Of a DNA stretch of 64,000 nt, positions 24,170 to 38,600 are shown one piece after another; the first letter of the stretch is position 1; every line of letters begins with the position of its first letter. The notes below the pieces were generated by a model. It ran no database searches. It saw only the letters and a list, made by a program, of their open reading frames with translations, and was not told the DNA's origin. A program made the translations under genes and the position numbers. The DNA is from Botryllus schlosseri (taxonomy: Eukaryota), in contig CM119372.1 in assembly GCA_051294905.1 (NCBI GenBank), forward strand, positions 36,828,001-36,892,000, given 5' to 3'.

Positions 24170-27100
24170 ACAACCTCATGATGAGAGATAAAGAGAGGGT
24201 AAAGCAAACAAAAAAGAGCTCCTTGAGGATCTCAAATATGGCATACGGACTGAACAAGCCAGGATACTGTTCTAAGAGGCACAAGAACCCTACAAGAGCA
24301 AGTGCCAATAGAAGCAGTGCCAATAGAAGCAACTAATGCCGAGGTTGCAGATGCGGTTCAGAGATATACCTGTGGACAAGTGATCAACATACTTAAAACA
24401 AACCTCCGGGTATCCAAAATCCATAATGGGTACAGACAGATCATGATAAAAAACTATCGCTCTATGGAAAACTACCTTCACACGTTTCTATCAGTAAAAT
24501 CCAATGTAAGATTTTTCTCCCAACGGGAGAATGCATACCGCACTGTTACAAATGTCTTCAAACAGGGCACTCCACCAGACAATGCCAGAGTGTTACTGTC
24601 TTCATTGAATGCAAGGAGCCAGGACATCACAGGGAAGACTGCCCACAACTAAGGCAAGATTACCCGACAATCCGGTAGACATCAGAAGAATTGAAGAAAA
24701 TAATACTGATAACACGTAAACGTAGACAAAAATAAAGAAAAAAACAGTTAACATCCGGCTGCAGATGAACGAATTAAAGAAACTAATGAAGATGACTTCC
24801 GGGTAAGAGGACACGTAAACGTAGACGAAAATAAAGAAGAAAACATTGAACATGTGACTGCAGATGAACAAGACAATGATGAGGCTGTAAACGGAGTCGA
24901 AAACGAACTCCAGCAATGTAGTTGGGTTCATAGGCGCCTACTTTTATTTTTGAATGGGGTGGCGGCAGGCGCGTAGACGGGGGGGGGGGTGTCGAAACCC
25001 TCTCCTTTTGAAACGCAGAACACCGTCTTTTCGAAATGACCATTCCCATTCCGATACTTATATTCAGTTGCAATTCAACAAGTCGTATTATCAGTGTTAC
25101 GCGCGGCCGCGACCAATTAGCGAGATTCTTCTGTGCACGCAGGTCGCACAATGTAACGAGATGCGATCTCCAGCTGAGATGATTGCGAAATTAGGTTATT
25201 GATTGCTGCGCACTCGACATTCGTCGCTGGACTGCCCAGTAACACGGCGTGACAATTCTGGAACAGGAAAGACAGACAAGAATGATGATTACAAACGCGC
25301 GCGACCTATATCAGTATTTATCCCTTACCGCCAACACGATGGGTTTTTACTCAGTATTGAGTAGCTCGAATCGCGACAATTGGTTGCTGATTAAAACATC
25401 GATTTTGACTGCATCGCTGCATTTCCCGATTTACGACGTCGTAAACGAGGTTGCTTCGTTTGTCTGATTACTAATCACCGATTACAATTTATTGGGGCGT
25501 TTTAAGCACTAGTTCGTCGCCGCCCACGAACCTGCGTATTCAATTGTTCGCGCGCGTATCGGTTAATGGTAAATAATTGGCATTTACGCGCTATCACGGA
25601 CTCCCTAATTGACAGCGCTGATGATTTGAAATCGCAGAAGGCGGGCGTTTAATCTTAGGGAATGCAAACTTACATTATGGGCACATAGAAACAATTACAG
25701 CATATTCAAAAACTTTTTATACTATTCAGAGAAGAAAGAAACAGAAAACTTTACTTCCATGGCAGAACGATTATAATTTAGACAAACCTAACAACGGAAT
25801 ATTCGAACGACCACAACATAACTATACCAAATGGAGCCCAAAAACTTGCGCTGAACTCGAAAGACCACAAAGAGTCCCTAACAATCCTGAACATCTATGC
25901 GCCGCAATCAAGTTGGAAAACACAAGATGATTTCTTCCGACATCTTACTGTGGGAATAAGACAAAATGGCAGCCCTATCATACCGGGTGATGTCAACATG
26001 ATCATGGATAAGATAGACTGTGAAAGGCAAACTACCTTTATAGTAACCGAAGCCGCAGAGATATGGATTATTAAAATTAAACAACAAGAAAATGGTAGAT
26101 ATCTACAGATGGCGTCATCCCTTTACAAATATCTTTATGAAGACGAGCGCTTTCAACTCGCGCCGCATAGACATAATCTATGTTACGAAAGATCTAGCCA
26201 TGATGACGACGGCCGCATGCTATGAAATCAACGGCTTCTCAGACTATAAGTACTATGCAACAATTAGAATTAAACCAAAGATATCAGAGAAATGGGGGGA
26301 AGGGACGTGGAACAACAACGCGTCTCACCACAACAACACCAAATACCTACTAGAAAAACTATACGAGGAATTTAGCTTTAGAAATTTAGAATGCCCCGGC
26401 ACATGATGTTGGTTGGTCGACCTTAAAAAGAAACTAAAGAAGATCTCTATAACATACGGAATAGAAGTGAAAAGGAAGCAGAGCGAAATCCAAGGGAGCC
26501 CAAAATGTAAATTAAACTCTCAAAATATAAATCCAGAGTAGAGGGCCCAAATGACTCGAAAGCTAATGGATATAGAAAAGGAGAAACTCGACTGTCTCGT
26601 GAGATTCAATTTTAAACAGATACTCGAGGAGAATGGAAAACCTTCACACTAATTCTACGCCAAACTCAAAAACAGGAAAATGAGAAAAAAATACACGATT
26701 GGAAGACAAAGCTGTTCATGTTATGGAAGACAGAAAGGAAATTATAGACAGTATTCAGGAATTCTATGAATACCTATAGAGCGACAAAAATGTTGGTGAA
26801 GAAAATCTCCAACAACAAATAAATGAATCCATAGTAAATACCCTAGCACCTGATAAAGGGGAACTGCAGGATAGCCCTATTTCAGAATCGGAATTAGAAA
26901 TAGCAATCAAAACTTTACATACATACAAGACGCACAAGACACTGGGTTCAGATGGTATATTAATCGAGTTTTACAAAACCTTCTTCTATCCAGTTAAAAA
27001 CGACATGCTACAGCTTTACAACAATGTAGCCTATTACTGTTCGGCAACACTGCTCATTCGTGAAGTGAATTAATAGTAAGTCTCATATATAAGAAAGGGG

Positions 27101-28110
27101 ATCCCGAAGAAATAAAGAACTGGAGACCCATATCCCTGACAACCGTTGATTATAAGATCCTTACATAGATTCTAGTAAATAGGATGAAAACTGATCTCAA
27201 TGACGTCATTTTGCCGCCCCAACAGTGTGCGGTAGAAAAGAGACAGATGTCTGAGATATTGAAAAACATCGAGGCCGTGATATTTACAGTAATGAAAAGA
27301 AAACACTTTTAATATTAGCAAACGTTGATCAGGTGAAGGCTTTTGACAGAGACCCCCACTAATTTCTCTTTGAGATCACGAGAAAACTTAATTTTGGAAA
27401 GAGATCGAGAGAACTTATTCAAAAAATACACCAAAGTCCCTTAAGTAAGGATGACATTAATGGTAACTACACCGAAGATATTCGCCTTAGAAGAGGACTC
27501 TGCCATGGCTGCCCCCTAAGTAGGCCTATGTGCCTTAACGCATTCACAGCTGAACCCTTTACGCAAATGATCCTAAGAAATGAAAAGATAAAAACTTTAA
27601 AGTCGGACAGTTCCAACTTAAGATATTACAATGCGCACATGACTTGACGATCCTCATCACCGACTTGGAACGTATGAGGAATTTACATGCTTTGAAAAAG
27701 CTAAATAACTAACTAAATAAACAAAAAACTAAAATACTCAGCCTTCACTACAAAGCCTAATCGACGAGCAAGAATAAACTACAGGAAAATATCAAGACGA
27801 CCATCAAAATATTGGGACAGTACTTCGGTGAAGAGCAAATAAAAACAACAAGGCGGGGCTACCAGGAAAATAGAAAACGCACTCTATGGCAACAATCATC
27901 GTTAACTTACCTGGAATGGTAAAAACACAATCATAAACTCGACGATATCGATTCTAATTAGCTATAATGCGAGATCCACCCCCCTTTATTGGAGACAACT
28001 GTCAAGATAACAAAACCAGTCCTTCAATATTTATGGAGTTCGGAAAAAATTGAAATAATAAAAAGAAACAATTTTATGAGTGAAACACAAGAAGGTTCAA
28101 TTGATACACA
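24170..28110 (+). mobile_element. Decayed Tx1/L1-clade LINE (ORF1 + ORF2), interrupted at about 24920-25680
   Basis: ORF1: VPIEATNAEVADAV...NGYRQI with knuckles CYKCLQTGHSTRQC and CKEPGHHREDCP. EN: LNIYAP, PGDVN, RRIDIIY. RT: GSDGILIEFYKTF, KKGDPEEIKNWRPISL, DQVKAFD, GCPL. Many stops. Confidence 0.9.
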
Positions 28111-29478
28111 GCACGTTCCTAGTAAGATCAAAGGCATGACATCGGCATCGAGTTAAGTCATGACTCGAGTCATCCCAACACTGGTATGTAAGTTGAGGGA
28201 TCGATTCAATTTAGGATGAGCGTCCTTTTTGGTGTTACATCGGGTTACCATGAGATGCGAAAAAGAGGACTCTCAAAAACCCTGACAGCTGTAATACGCC
28301 CGGAAAAGACAAACTGGGTAAATTCTAAAGTTTTGGAATCATTGTACCAGGTCCACACTTAGACTCGACCTCCGTTTTACTCGAATTATTTCGAAACTCT
28401 TTCATTCACTGCGTCGCAGTCGAGTTTCTGATGGTATCTTCATCAGACATTGGGTGATTACTTCATGAATGTAATCGATTGCGATTACGATTACTTACAA
28501 ATGACGCGATTACGATTACGATTACAGCAAAATCAGGAAGTAGTCGATTACGATTACGATTGCATTGGAAAAGTAATCACGATTACTCACGATTACATTT
28601 ATTTTGCATCTTAGAGGTGATATTGGAAGACAATATATGGATTGCGCTGAAAAGGCCTAATGAGATAACAAACTTCATTTAAAAAGGATGCGTCATTTGC
28701 TTGTTGCGTCATAATGGAACCTACCTCTTGCCCATTTTTATATAGGACGATCAATTGCACCCAACGATTTGCATTCTTGCCAGGTCCTTGACTGCCGCAC
28801 CCCAAATTTCCCAATAGGGTGAGGAGCGAGATCGAAGATGACTCAAAGTATTTCGTAGACCAACATAAATTATTGAGTATTTTCGAGAGATTAAATTGAC
28901 TTGAAAATTCTCTCTAGATAAGCTTGATTTTGAAATGCATACGTCTTCCCCTCAACAAAAAAACATGGCCTACATTATTTATAGTAGGGCTGCATTTAAA
29001 ACAAATGGTTGTTTAAAACACTTTGTTGTGTAAATACTTTTCAAATAACATGTTGAATGAGCCTATATGGACAGTAACCACCTGATTTAGCCGACGTACA
29101 TCGATATGGGATGGTTGAAACCCTCAAAATAGTCGGTTCAACAGTTAAACGACAGATATTTCATCAAAGGAGCTATATTTACCCTATATTTTTTAACGTC
29201 AATGTCAATACACATTCGTGACGACATGGCTCAAAAAACATGATTCAAACATGTTTACTTTAAATTGATTTTTGTTTTAAATGCAACCCTACTTTATAGG
29301 AATAGGAATTTAGGTTCCAGTCAATACCGTGCCACGACACGCCAAAAGACATATGCGACTTCACGAAGTGTGCTACTAAAGAAAGACCTTGGTTGAAACT
29401 TAGGGTTTGTGTCCATTGCCAATAGCCGCGCTGGGTGGGCGTGAATAATAGTCCACGGTCCTTCCAATGTGAGCCCAC

Positions 29479-30390
29479 GATTACCAGTGAACCCAGTCCT
29501 CGGTGAACCCAGCCTTACAAACTCGGCCCTCGGTGAACTCGGACCTCGGTGAACTCGGCCCTCGGGATCTTTTGTTATCAAGTGTATTAACAAGTATTAT
29601 TATGAATTATTAAACTAACAATGTTATTATCAACTGATTTGTCGATCTTGTAAGGAGGTCAGGGCATGCGTAGATCACGCAGTCACGGCGTGATCAGATC
29701 ACGGATTGCCCAAGCGCCAGGCGCGGGAAAGAACGCGACGTTCACATATCGATCAGACCTCAGTGAACTCAGCCTTACAAACTCGGCCCTCGCCGAACTT
29801 GGACCTCGGTGAACCCGGCCCTCGGTCAATTCCACCCTCGGGAAATTTTGTATTCACCGGCAACCCTAATATCCCCCTTCCCTAACCCTAATATCCCACC
29901 TCCGGCAACCCTAATATCCCACCTCCGGCAACCCTAATATCCCACCTCCGGCAACCCTAATATCTCCCCTCCCCCAACCCTAATATCCCACCTCCACCAA
30001 CCCTAATCTCCCACCTCCGGCAACCCTAATATCCCACCTCCGGCAACCCTAATATCCCCCCTCCCCCAACCCTAATATCCCACCTCCACCAACCCTAATC
30101 TCCCACCTCCACCAACCCTAATATCCCACCTCCACCAACCCTAATATCCCAGCTCCCAGCATTAATTCAAGATTGTTCGGGGGCGGAATTCACCGAGGTC
30201 CATAGTATTCGAGAAACACCACGAATACCACAAAACAAAAAAGTAGAGTATGTGAGCATCGCGTTATCTCCCCCACTTACTCAATCCGTGAATACAAAAT
30301 TTCCCGAGGGCTGAGTTCACCGAGGTCTGAGTTCACCGAGGGCCGAGTTTGTAAGGCTGGGTTCACCGAGGGCTGGGTTCACCGGCAACC
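29479..30390. mobile_element. Foldback-type non-autonomous element, 912 bp
   Basis: ~90-bp TIRs built from 15-bp ctcggtgaac-type subrepeats, perfect 8-bp TSD gagcccac, and an internal extra copy of the left TIR (~29761-29860). Confidence 0.9.
29861..30160. repeat. 23-bp minisatellite (caaccctaatatcccacctccgg), 13 copies
   Basis: The AACCCTAAT core recurs at 29862, 29884, 29907 and every 23 bp through 30137. Confidence 0.95.
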
Positions 30391-32614
30391 GAGCCCACAA
30401 TGAAAATGTTTCTTTTAGTCTACTACGTTTGGGATACAACAATATCTTTTGATGATATCACAGACCGGAGGTCACGAATTAACAACATACATTAAAGTAA
30501 AACAGGATACCAGACACTATAATTATGAAATACGTGCCCCCAGCTCTACAGGTAAATCTGAACATCGGGGTAGAGTAAGGATTAAAAATTAATAATAATA
30601 AAATGCGATTACCAATATTACTGACGAAACTCAGACTTCAACTTGAAAATATCACCCCATGAGGGCCAAAGACCAACGTTTGGACTGGAGGAAGAGTTGC
30701 TGTTTTGGCCCTGAGTCTAGCTACAACCTCCGCTAACATGATATATATTATATAAGCCCATGGCTATGACGGCAGGTCCCGATGTTGAGTAAAGAATTGT
30801 GAAATGAGGATTGGCGCCCGTTTCAAGAAGAGTCATGTGAGAATAAGATTCTAATTCGTAAAATTCTGCATTCAACTTAATACAGATAATGCACTGCAAT
30901 CTGCCGTTACGAGAAACGGCAAAAACGGCTCGGTTATGATGCAGCTGTTGATTTTCAACGCTTCGTTGTGGAAACCGTAATGTTTTATTTGACGAGTACA
31001 AAATTTCAAATCTTTGTCCGGTGTACGTACGTACTAGATAGGCCTACCGCTCGCCAAGCAGAATCGGTCAAACTGCGTTTAACTATAAGCATAACCAAAC
31101 ATCAATACACAAGTTACTATTTTAAACTAGGCAGAGTGGTGATTAATTATCCTGCTGCGAGGTACTGGCGTGTGAAACGTTTTGTTAACCTGATATACAG
31201 TACGGCGGGTGTTCTTACGATCACACTAATGTACGTACATCGGATATATCTATTTGCTGTGGATACTTCTTACGCAATGACCAGCAAAGCTAATAGGCTA
31301 CTTCTGACGTAATAATGAGCAATGGCATTTGAAAATCAGACGTTTGTGCTATTACGAGCCTGGTATAATATCTCTTCATTGTTCACGAATGTTCAGTTTA
31401 TGTAATAGTCCTAGTGCAAATAAGAAGCACTCGTTCTTTCACAAAGAAATCGATTATATATGGGAAGTATAGTCGATTACGATTACGATTACTTCGGAAT
31501 TTTTTCGAATGTAATCGATTGTGATTACGATTACTTGAAAATGCTGTAATCGTCGTAATCGATTACGATTACTAATCGCGATTACCCCATGTCTGATCTT
31601 CATACTTTTTCTAGATAAAGTGGACAAATTCTCAAAAAAGAGAACATTTAGGCCTCCTCCGAGAACACGTTCTGTTCACTAAAACTGAGGACAAACCGTC
31701 TTAAAACAGGGCGTATGGTAACCCTAGTGTTACATTTTGGTTAGGTTTAGGGTGGGAATTGTGTCAAGCCATGATTGGGGTCAAGTTAGGGTTCGGACTA
31801 ACCTTAGGACAGAATATGAGTTATTAGTATATAGGCTCATTGTTCGGAATAATCCCTTTCTCAATAAAGCTTAGCACAACGACATACCTTTACTCAAATA
31901 ATCAACTTACAAATGTAATAATTTGAGATTATTGTAGAGTACTGAAGCTATTCGCCGCTTTCCAACAACAATAATCCAATTTATTTGTAGCTACAACTAT
32001 TATTTCGATGTTTTTTTTTCTCAGCACAGAAGCCTTTAAAACCTCGATAAGTATCAAGGCATCCACAACGTAGAGTACGAGGCTTTGTATGTAGGTGAAA
32101 ACGACAGTTCGATGAAACCTTGATCCATCCATAGCATTATCACAAAATGCAATTGAATGCTTACCATCAAAAATACCAACTTATCATCAATTGGTGTAGA
32201 ATTGGCATTGCGTTCTTTAATATTTGTGGCCGCATGAAATGTACAAATCTGAATTTATCGCGTAATCCATATTTCTATAGCCACGTATTACGCGATACTA
32301 GACTAGAATCGGACGAAGCTTCATTCTCGATCACGAATCGACTCACTTACGCACTCGATTTTGCCAATCCGAAATATTTTGGGTATTTACCCAATACATT
32401 GATTAACAAAGTCAATTGAATGACAATTCCGCCTATCCTCAGATTATTGCTATTGGAAATGGTAACTTACTAAAGTCAGGTGAGGAAAATTTAGTGTAGT
32501 TCCCTAAGTTTATTTATTGTATCAAGTGAAAAGATTACAAAATTGTGATAACATAAAAAGATAGGAAGTAATTAAAACAACTTAAAGAAGCCTTGCAATC
32601 AACCGTCCGTCCTG

Positions 32615-35600
32615 TCAGCGCACCAGATTGAATATAATGGAAGGCAACATGAAACGAACTAAAATAGACAAACGTGAAAATGAAGTGGCGATTACGAATT
32701 TAATATAAGCCTGAAAATATCAAGGATTTTGAATACAGAATGTTCATAACTCGCCTGCTGGTCCCGATTGATCTTTTCTTCTCAATAAATCGATTTCAGT
32801 ATTGCCTTGAAATATTGTTAATTAACTGCTCATTTGATGCTTATTTGGTAGTCACAAACATGTATATCACCTGATCTTATGTTATGGAATTTTACCACAT
32901 TCCTTTCGACCTGTATGTCGACTTGGTCGACCACCCAGAAAACTTCCATATTCCCAGCCTTAATAAGAATATCAATATTTGTTATTATTCTGCAACATAT
33001 GCAATGTTGTTGCATATTTCATAAGCCTCAGACGTAACTAGATAGCATGCATGCAGTTATAACTGACGAGAGAGAGAGAAAGAGAGATATCAGTTTCATT
33101 CGCACCATCCAGATGCTTTGGCGAAATAGATGCGATGCAAGCGATAGGATGAGGGATATCCAGTTAGCAAGATCAAATCGTTTTTTTTTTCTTTCCATAT
33201 TGTATCTAGAAATGGTGAACACCTAGCGGGGAAGCTGCGGAAACCAGTTTTGCATTCAATTCTTTGGTCCCAGCCGACCGGCTAATGATGGTGCACGTGT
33301 CCTTCCGACTGACACAATATCTCCATCTCGATAGCAAAGATAGACTCTAAATTAATTCCAGTAATAAAAATTATGGTTGTGCATGAATTTGAGTGTTATT
33401 TTTATGTATTCTATCGATTGTTCTGCCAATAAGAATGATTTTTTGTCAAACTTATTTCACTTAAAACTCACACAAGGAGTTGAGGAGAGTCGTATTTAAA
33501 AGAGAGAGTAATTAAAAATCAACATGTTAAAAAGATGGCCCTCGTTCAAAACAGGTTCTATTGCGTCATTTTTCATTATTCCGTCACGATGTCGTTATTT
33601 TAGATTGTCACGTCACATTGCCATGTGGCTCTTCAAGAATTACAATTGAAAATTGTCAATATGGCTCCTTTGACAAAAAAGATTTCAGACCGCTGTCTCA
33701 CACGGACATGATAATCATAACATCCATACAGTGCCAGTGATATGCAATTGCTGCTAAACCGACGACGGCTGCGAGAGCTTCAATTAAATTGTGTGTGTCG
33801 ACTATATCTACTAATGCAAGTAGCGCAACGGCTCGTACTGCATTTTTTTGAAGGTATTTACACAATTTTGACGTGATTAAGCGGCTATTCGAAAGGAACA
33901 TATGCATGCTTAATATATGGTGCATTATCCAAATGAAATAACCAATTTAGTCCACTAATAATTAGCATTATGTAAATATTGCAGCAAACAATACATTCGT
34001 ATTGTCAAATTTATTCCACTGGAAGCATTTCGACTAGCTCTCTTCAGCAGTGAACGCCAGTAAATGAGGTTAACCAAGTTCGAAATTTAGATATAATTTT
34101 TTCGTTGTGTCGTAATAATGACAAGTAAACAGAGTCGCGAACGGCAGTAAACAGTGCACGGCTACGGTACAGCACACACAAAATCAGCTGTAAAACAGTC
34201 GAATAACAACACATGAACACAACACTAACGGAAGATTCCCAGCGTGTAGAGATGTTCCTTCTGGCGACAAATTTTTTCTATATTTCGAACTTGGTTAACC
34301 TCATTTACTGTCGTTCACTGCCGAAGAGAGCCAGACGAAAAGCTTCCAGTGGAATGAATTTGGCAATATGAACGTCTTGTTTACTGCAATATTGAAGTTC
34401 TGTACTTCGAAAAGCCTATTATATCAATATAAACCAGGATGCATATTCCTACAGCAAGAAAAATAAGCAGCTCATCTGGTATTCTTCACCTCGATTGTTT
34501 TGTCAAAAACATTGCCCGATTTGAGTGGACGTCTCACTGTTACAGTCGTATGAGTCGCGTTTTCAAAGCCGTCCAAGATATCAACATTCTGCTCTGCGTC
34601 AACGAATAAATGTCCAGTTCTCGTTGTATAACAGTCCTGTAAATTATACACATTTCAATGAAACCGCCGTGTACATCATTCTGCATAAAAAGTAAAGGCT
34701 AAGCCTTCCGATTTCTAACAAACAGAGCCTGACTTGCTTAGAGTTTTTGGGCGGAAAACGATAAAACCAATAACATGCACTTTCAATGCTAACCACGATA
34801 TCGAAAAGAACATGACATCTAGCTTATAGAGACATTTCCAAAAAATTAAAATATTTATGTCAATAGCTTTACAGGCACGCCACGCTTCGACAAGAAACGA
34901 CCTAGAAATGATAAATCTTGACCGCTGGAAGTTGTCGTGACTAGTATTGAAATAATTCTACTGTTCGGAGTATTCAATTAGTGTTCATCAGTTTACACCA
35001 ATTACCCAAGTGGTATGATTGTAGATGTGTACTTCCAGTTCTTGGGCGAGCAATCCGGACCTTTTTACTTAGTTGGAATAGAATACTTTCATTTGAGTAT
35101 AAATTGGCGGTTTTCCTTCTACTCTACCTGAGTGCCAACAATACCTTATTTGACCCTCAGTGACTCACACCACCTCCGACTTCAATTAATATATGATTAT
35201 TCCCATCCAAGCATTCGCATATTAGAGTTTTCTGACCCCGTACTACCATGTTAGGAAGTCATTAAAAGTCCCGATACGTTTTTCCACTAAAGGTCGTTAT
35301 CCTGATTAGACCTAACAGAATTTTAAATTACTGTCCTATAGTGACGCACATAAACATACTCCATTCCGTTTCGCACCCCTCCGACTATGAAATCGACACC
35401 TGTAACTGCGCGAGTTGGTGCAAAACCGATTCCAATCCATCCTTTCGTTTCTCCAATCATCTGAATTTGAAAAGAGGTGAGGTAAAATCGATATTCCATA
35501 GATCAGGGGCGGGCAACATACGGCCCGCGGGCCGGATCCGGCCGGCGGACAGTTTTCCGTCTTATATGATAATGTGGCCTGCGGCTACCGAGATACCCCG

Positions 35601-38600
35601 CTACTTGCTTACTACGTCAAATTTTAGTGACTGTATGTCATTCGTATGCGCAGCGTGCGAGTGGAGCTTGCACGTAAGTTCGTCGAAGCGAGAAGACTTG
35701 CATTATCGGCATTTACGATGTACTCAACCCTAATATCGTTTGTGGTAATCATGGTGTTGGTAGACTACAATGGTCATTTACACCAGACCGATATTTCTAA
35801 TTTTTGATTCCGTAACCGCCGACTTGTAGCACGGCACACTTGTAGGCTTTTGTAAGACACCGCTTTTGCCAGGGAACGCCAACTCAAAACGGGTCGCGGG
35901 CCACATTTCAAATTTCGTAGATGCCGCGGTCCGCATGAATTTAATATCGAGATAAAATAGGCCACACAGATGAACAACGACGTTATCTCATCACCTACTC
36001 ATCCTTAATGAATTGCTATATTGGTAAATTTGGGGTACGGGCTTATCGAGCACCTTGAAATATTAATTAGGGATTGCACTGTGAGTTGATTGAGCACAGC
36101 ATAGTTTCCTATAAGGTGTGTACACAAGCAAATCTCACGACTCAGTGAAATAGGTCTACGTCACACTTTCCCTTTGTTCAAAGGCAATTTGGCGGTAATT
36201 TTTGACCGGCTTGCCTAGCCTTAAAACTGATAAAACAGGTTTCAATCGAAAGCTACTGCGGTGCTGGTTGCGAAAATATAAATTCCATTCTGCTGGTGGT
36301 CCTGGAATCCCCCCAAATCAGCTTCGAATGTTGCATTGTAACGGAGTTTGGTATTGTGACGCAACTATGCCATCTGGGAGCAGGTGAGGAGCAGAGTCAA
36401 CCGCAAGCCATTATTGGCCATTGCTGCGCAACCGATTGAGCATTCACACTCTTACTCTCGTGCGCGCTTGCTCCTGAGCTGCTCAGACGGCATGGCTGCG
36501 TCACAATACCAAACTCCGTCACAATGCAACATTCAAGGCTGATTTTTGGGGTTCCAGAACCTCGAGCAGAATAGAATTCATATTTTCGCAACCAGCACCA
36601 CAGTAGCTTTCGATTGATACCCGTTTTATTAAATTTAATGCTCGGCAAGTCGGTCAGAACTACCGTCCAATTGCCTTTGACCAAATGGAAAGTGTGACGT
36701 AGACCAATTTCACTGAGCCGTGAGATTTGCCTCTTTCCACACCATATAGGACACTATGATCAGAGAGAAGCAGACATGGCAGCGCCTGTATGACAATGCT
36801 GTTCTCAAATCCTCATTATATCCTCGTCATTATCGATGAGAAATGGCTTTGAAGTGACATTACTATCGTTAAAATACATTCATTAAATACGATTTCTTCC
36901 TTGTGTATGTGGATAAATGGCGAATAATGTGTCGATTCAGCAATCCGGCCCGCCAAGTAGTTAATTTTCCTATATCCGGCCCGCCGACTGGAGAAGTTGC
37001 CCGCCCCTGCTGTAGATGCCTATCTGGAAAGCGAGAGAGTCTCGAATCGTGACATATCATACACATATCAACAATTTTTTTTACAATTATCTACTAGTTG
37101 TTGACGATCAACCCTGACGAGTGTCAGCCAAAAACATTCGGGTGCATTTCAATATGAATATATTTTTCAGTTACTGGAAATAGTTTTCTACCTTTTTATA
37201 CTTGATAAAAGTTGCAGTAAAAATGGAAAAATTGAAAAATGTTGCAATTGCATAATATATCAATTTTGAGCATTTAGAACAGTGATTCCCAAGTGCGGCC
37301 CCCAGATATCCTTCTTGTGGCCCCCAACATATATTAAGAAATCGATTAATGACAAAAATGAAATTTATATTTGTAAAATACTCTTGCTTGGCTTGACCTA
37401 TGTGGTTTTTAATTATAGAATTGCAGGAAAGTTGTGAATTGTGAGTATCGACTGCTAACGTTATGTTACTGCTGTTTCAATACAATGTGCCCCAACTTTC
37501 CAGTTGAACGAGCAGTAGCTATAGATATAAATAGGTATTGATAACTTTCAAAATCGGAGGAAAATCTCTCCCTCGTGGTCGCTTGACTAAAAAAGAAAGA
37601 GGCACAATTCCCGGAACATACAGTTTTTCTTTCACATTAACAGGTGGTTGACTGAGAAAAAACTTCCAGGTCCAGCTCCGAAATAGCCGCCGTCGCGTTC
37701 CTACAGTGCTGACTTAATGTATATCAGTCGAATTTGGCCCTATGTAACCAAAATCCTCAAAAAAGAAGACATTTGGGCGTCCTCCGAGGACACTTTAAAA
37801 AAATCAAAAAAGAGGACAAATCATCTTAAAAGAGGCCGTATGGTAACCCTATGATAACTAGATGTGCAACACGTGACTCACGGTTGAATACGCCGAGATG
37901 CATACTGCTTAGTCGGCTAAAAGCAGCATAATTGGTAGTCCTATATTCAGGGCCGTAACTGCCGCACCCCAAACCCCCCAATTGAGGGAGCCGAGCTCGA
38001 AGGGGCCCAAAATTATTTCGTGAATTGGAATAAATTATAGAGTCATTTTTAAAAATTTATGCAACTTCTTGAAAAAATTTAATTTTCGCGATTTCAATTC
38101 GCCGCATGTCTTGATTATTGGGTACTCTTCCCCAAGAAAAAATACGCAAGATTTATAGAAATGGGCATATCAGCGTTGGCCATGACCGCACCACAACGCA
38201 CCAAGACATTTAAAGTTTTAGGCCATGTAACATGTGACTCCAATAAGTGTGAACGATCGGCAGCGAGAAAGCCATGGCCGTAAAGGACTGCTTTTATGCT
38301 GACCAAAAACTTCGAAATACCAAAAACTTCGTTATATATGCAAAATACATATAGGTTTATTTGTCCATAGGCGCCTAAATGACTGGCGCAGAATGGTCTC
38401 GTCTTGGCAATCTGAACCCATCAAGATGAATACCATCCCGCAGGAAAGAAAATTACATGCCAGCGAAGAAATACCAATTGATCTGAAATCGTGTGATCTT
38501 CCAGTTTAGTAGGTTTGGGCAATTCTACATTTTTTGATATAGCAGACAGGATGTCACGGAATAACATCATGTGAAGAAATCATACCTAGGGGTCTGCCCG

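Larger units (their letters stand above)
28444..31595 (-). mobile_element. hAT element, 3152 bp, with (CGATTA)n subterminal repeats and decayed transposase
   Basis: TIR cagacat(t/g)gggt, perfect 8-bp TSD atcttcat. Minus-strand remnants include a CIIC BED-like motif (~30900) and a YW...LSLVAH dimerisation-like region (~29260-29470). Confidence 0.88.

Noticed and set aside
28690-28800. KNGQEVGSIM resembling the RNGTELKA exon
   Set aside because: It is inside the same hAT, has no proper splice sites and lacks YDFNYQ.
29861-30160. Regular 23-bp array as a CRISPR or a true telomere
   Set aside because: There are no unique spacers or cas genes in a eukaryotic context. TTAGGG is not tandem and the array sits inside a TSD-flanked element.
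30730-30870. Apparent decayed MOXD catalytic exon (HMTLLETGANP...MGLYNIYH resembling HYVLLEVHYDNP / GLFNIQH)
   Set aside because: It lies inside the TSD-bounded hAT 28444-31595, directly after a CIIC BED-like motif. It is more simply transposase remnant and chance similarity; gene capture would need HMM support.
33698-33925. 75-aa hydrophobic ORF in a paralog C intron
   Set aside because: It is not needed for the DOMON frame, has incompatible phases and has no motif.
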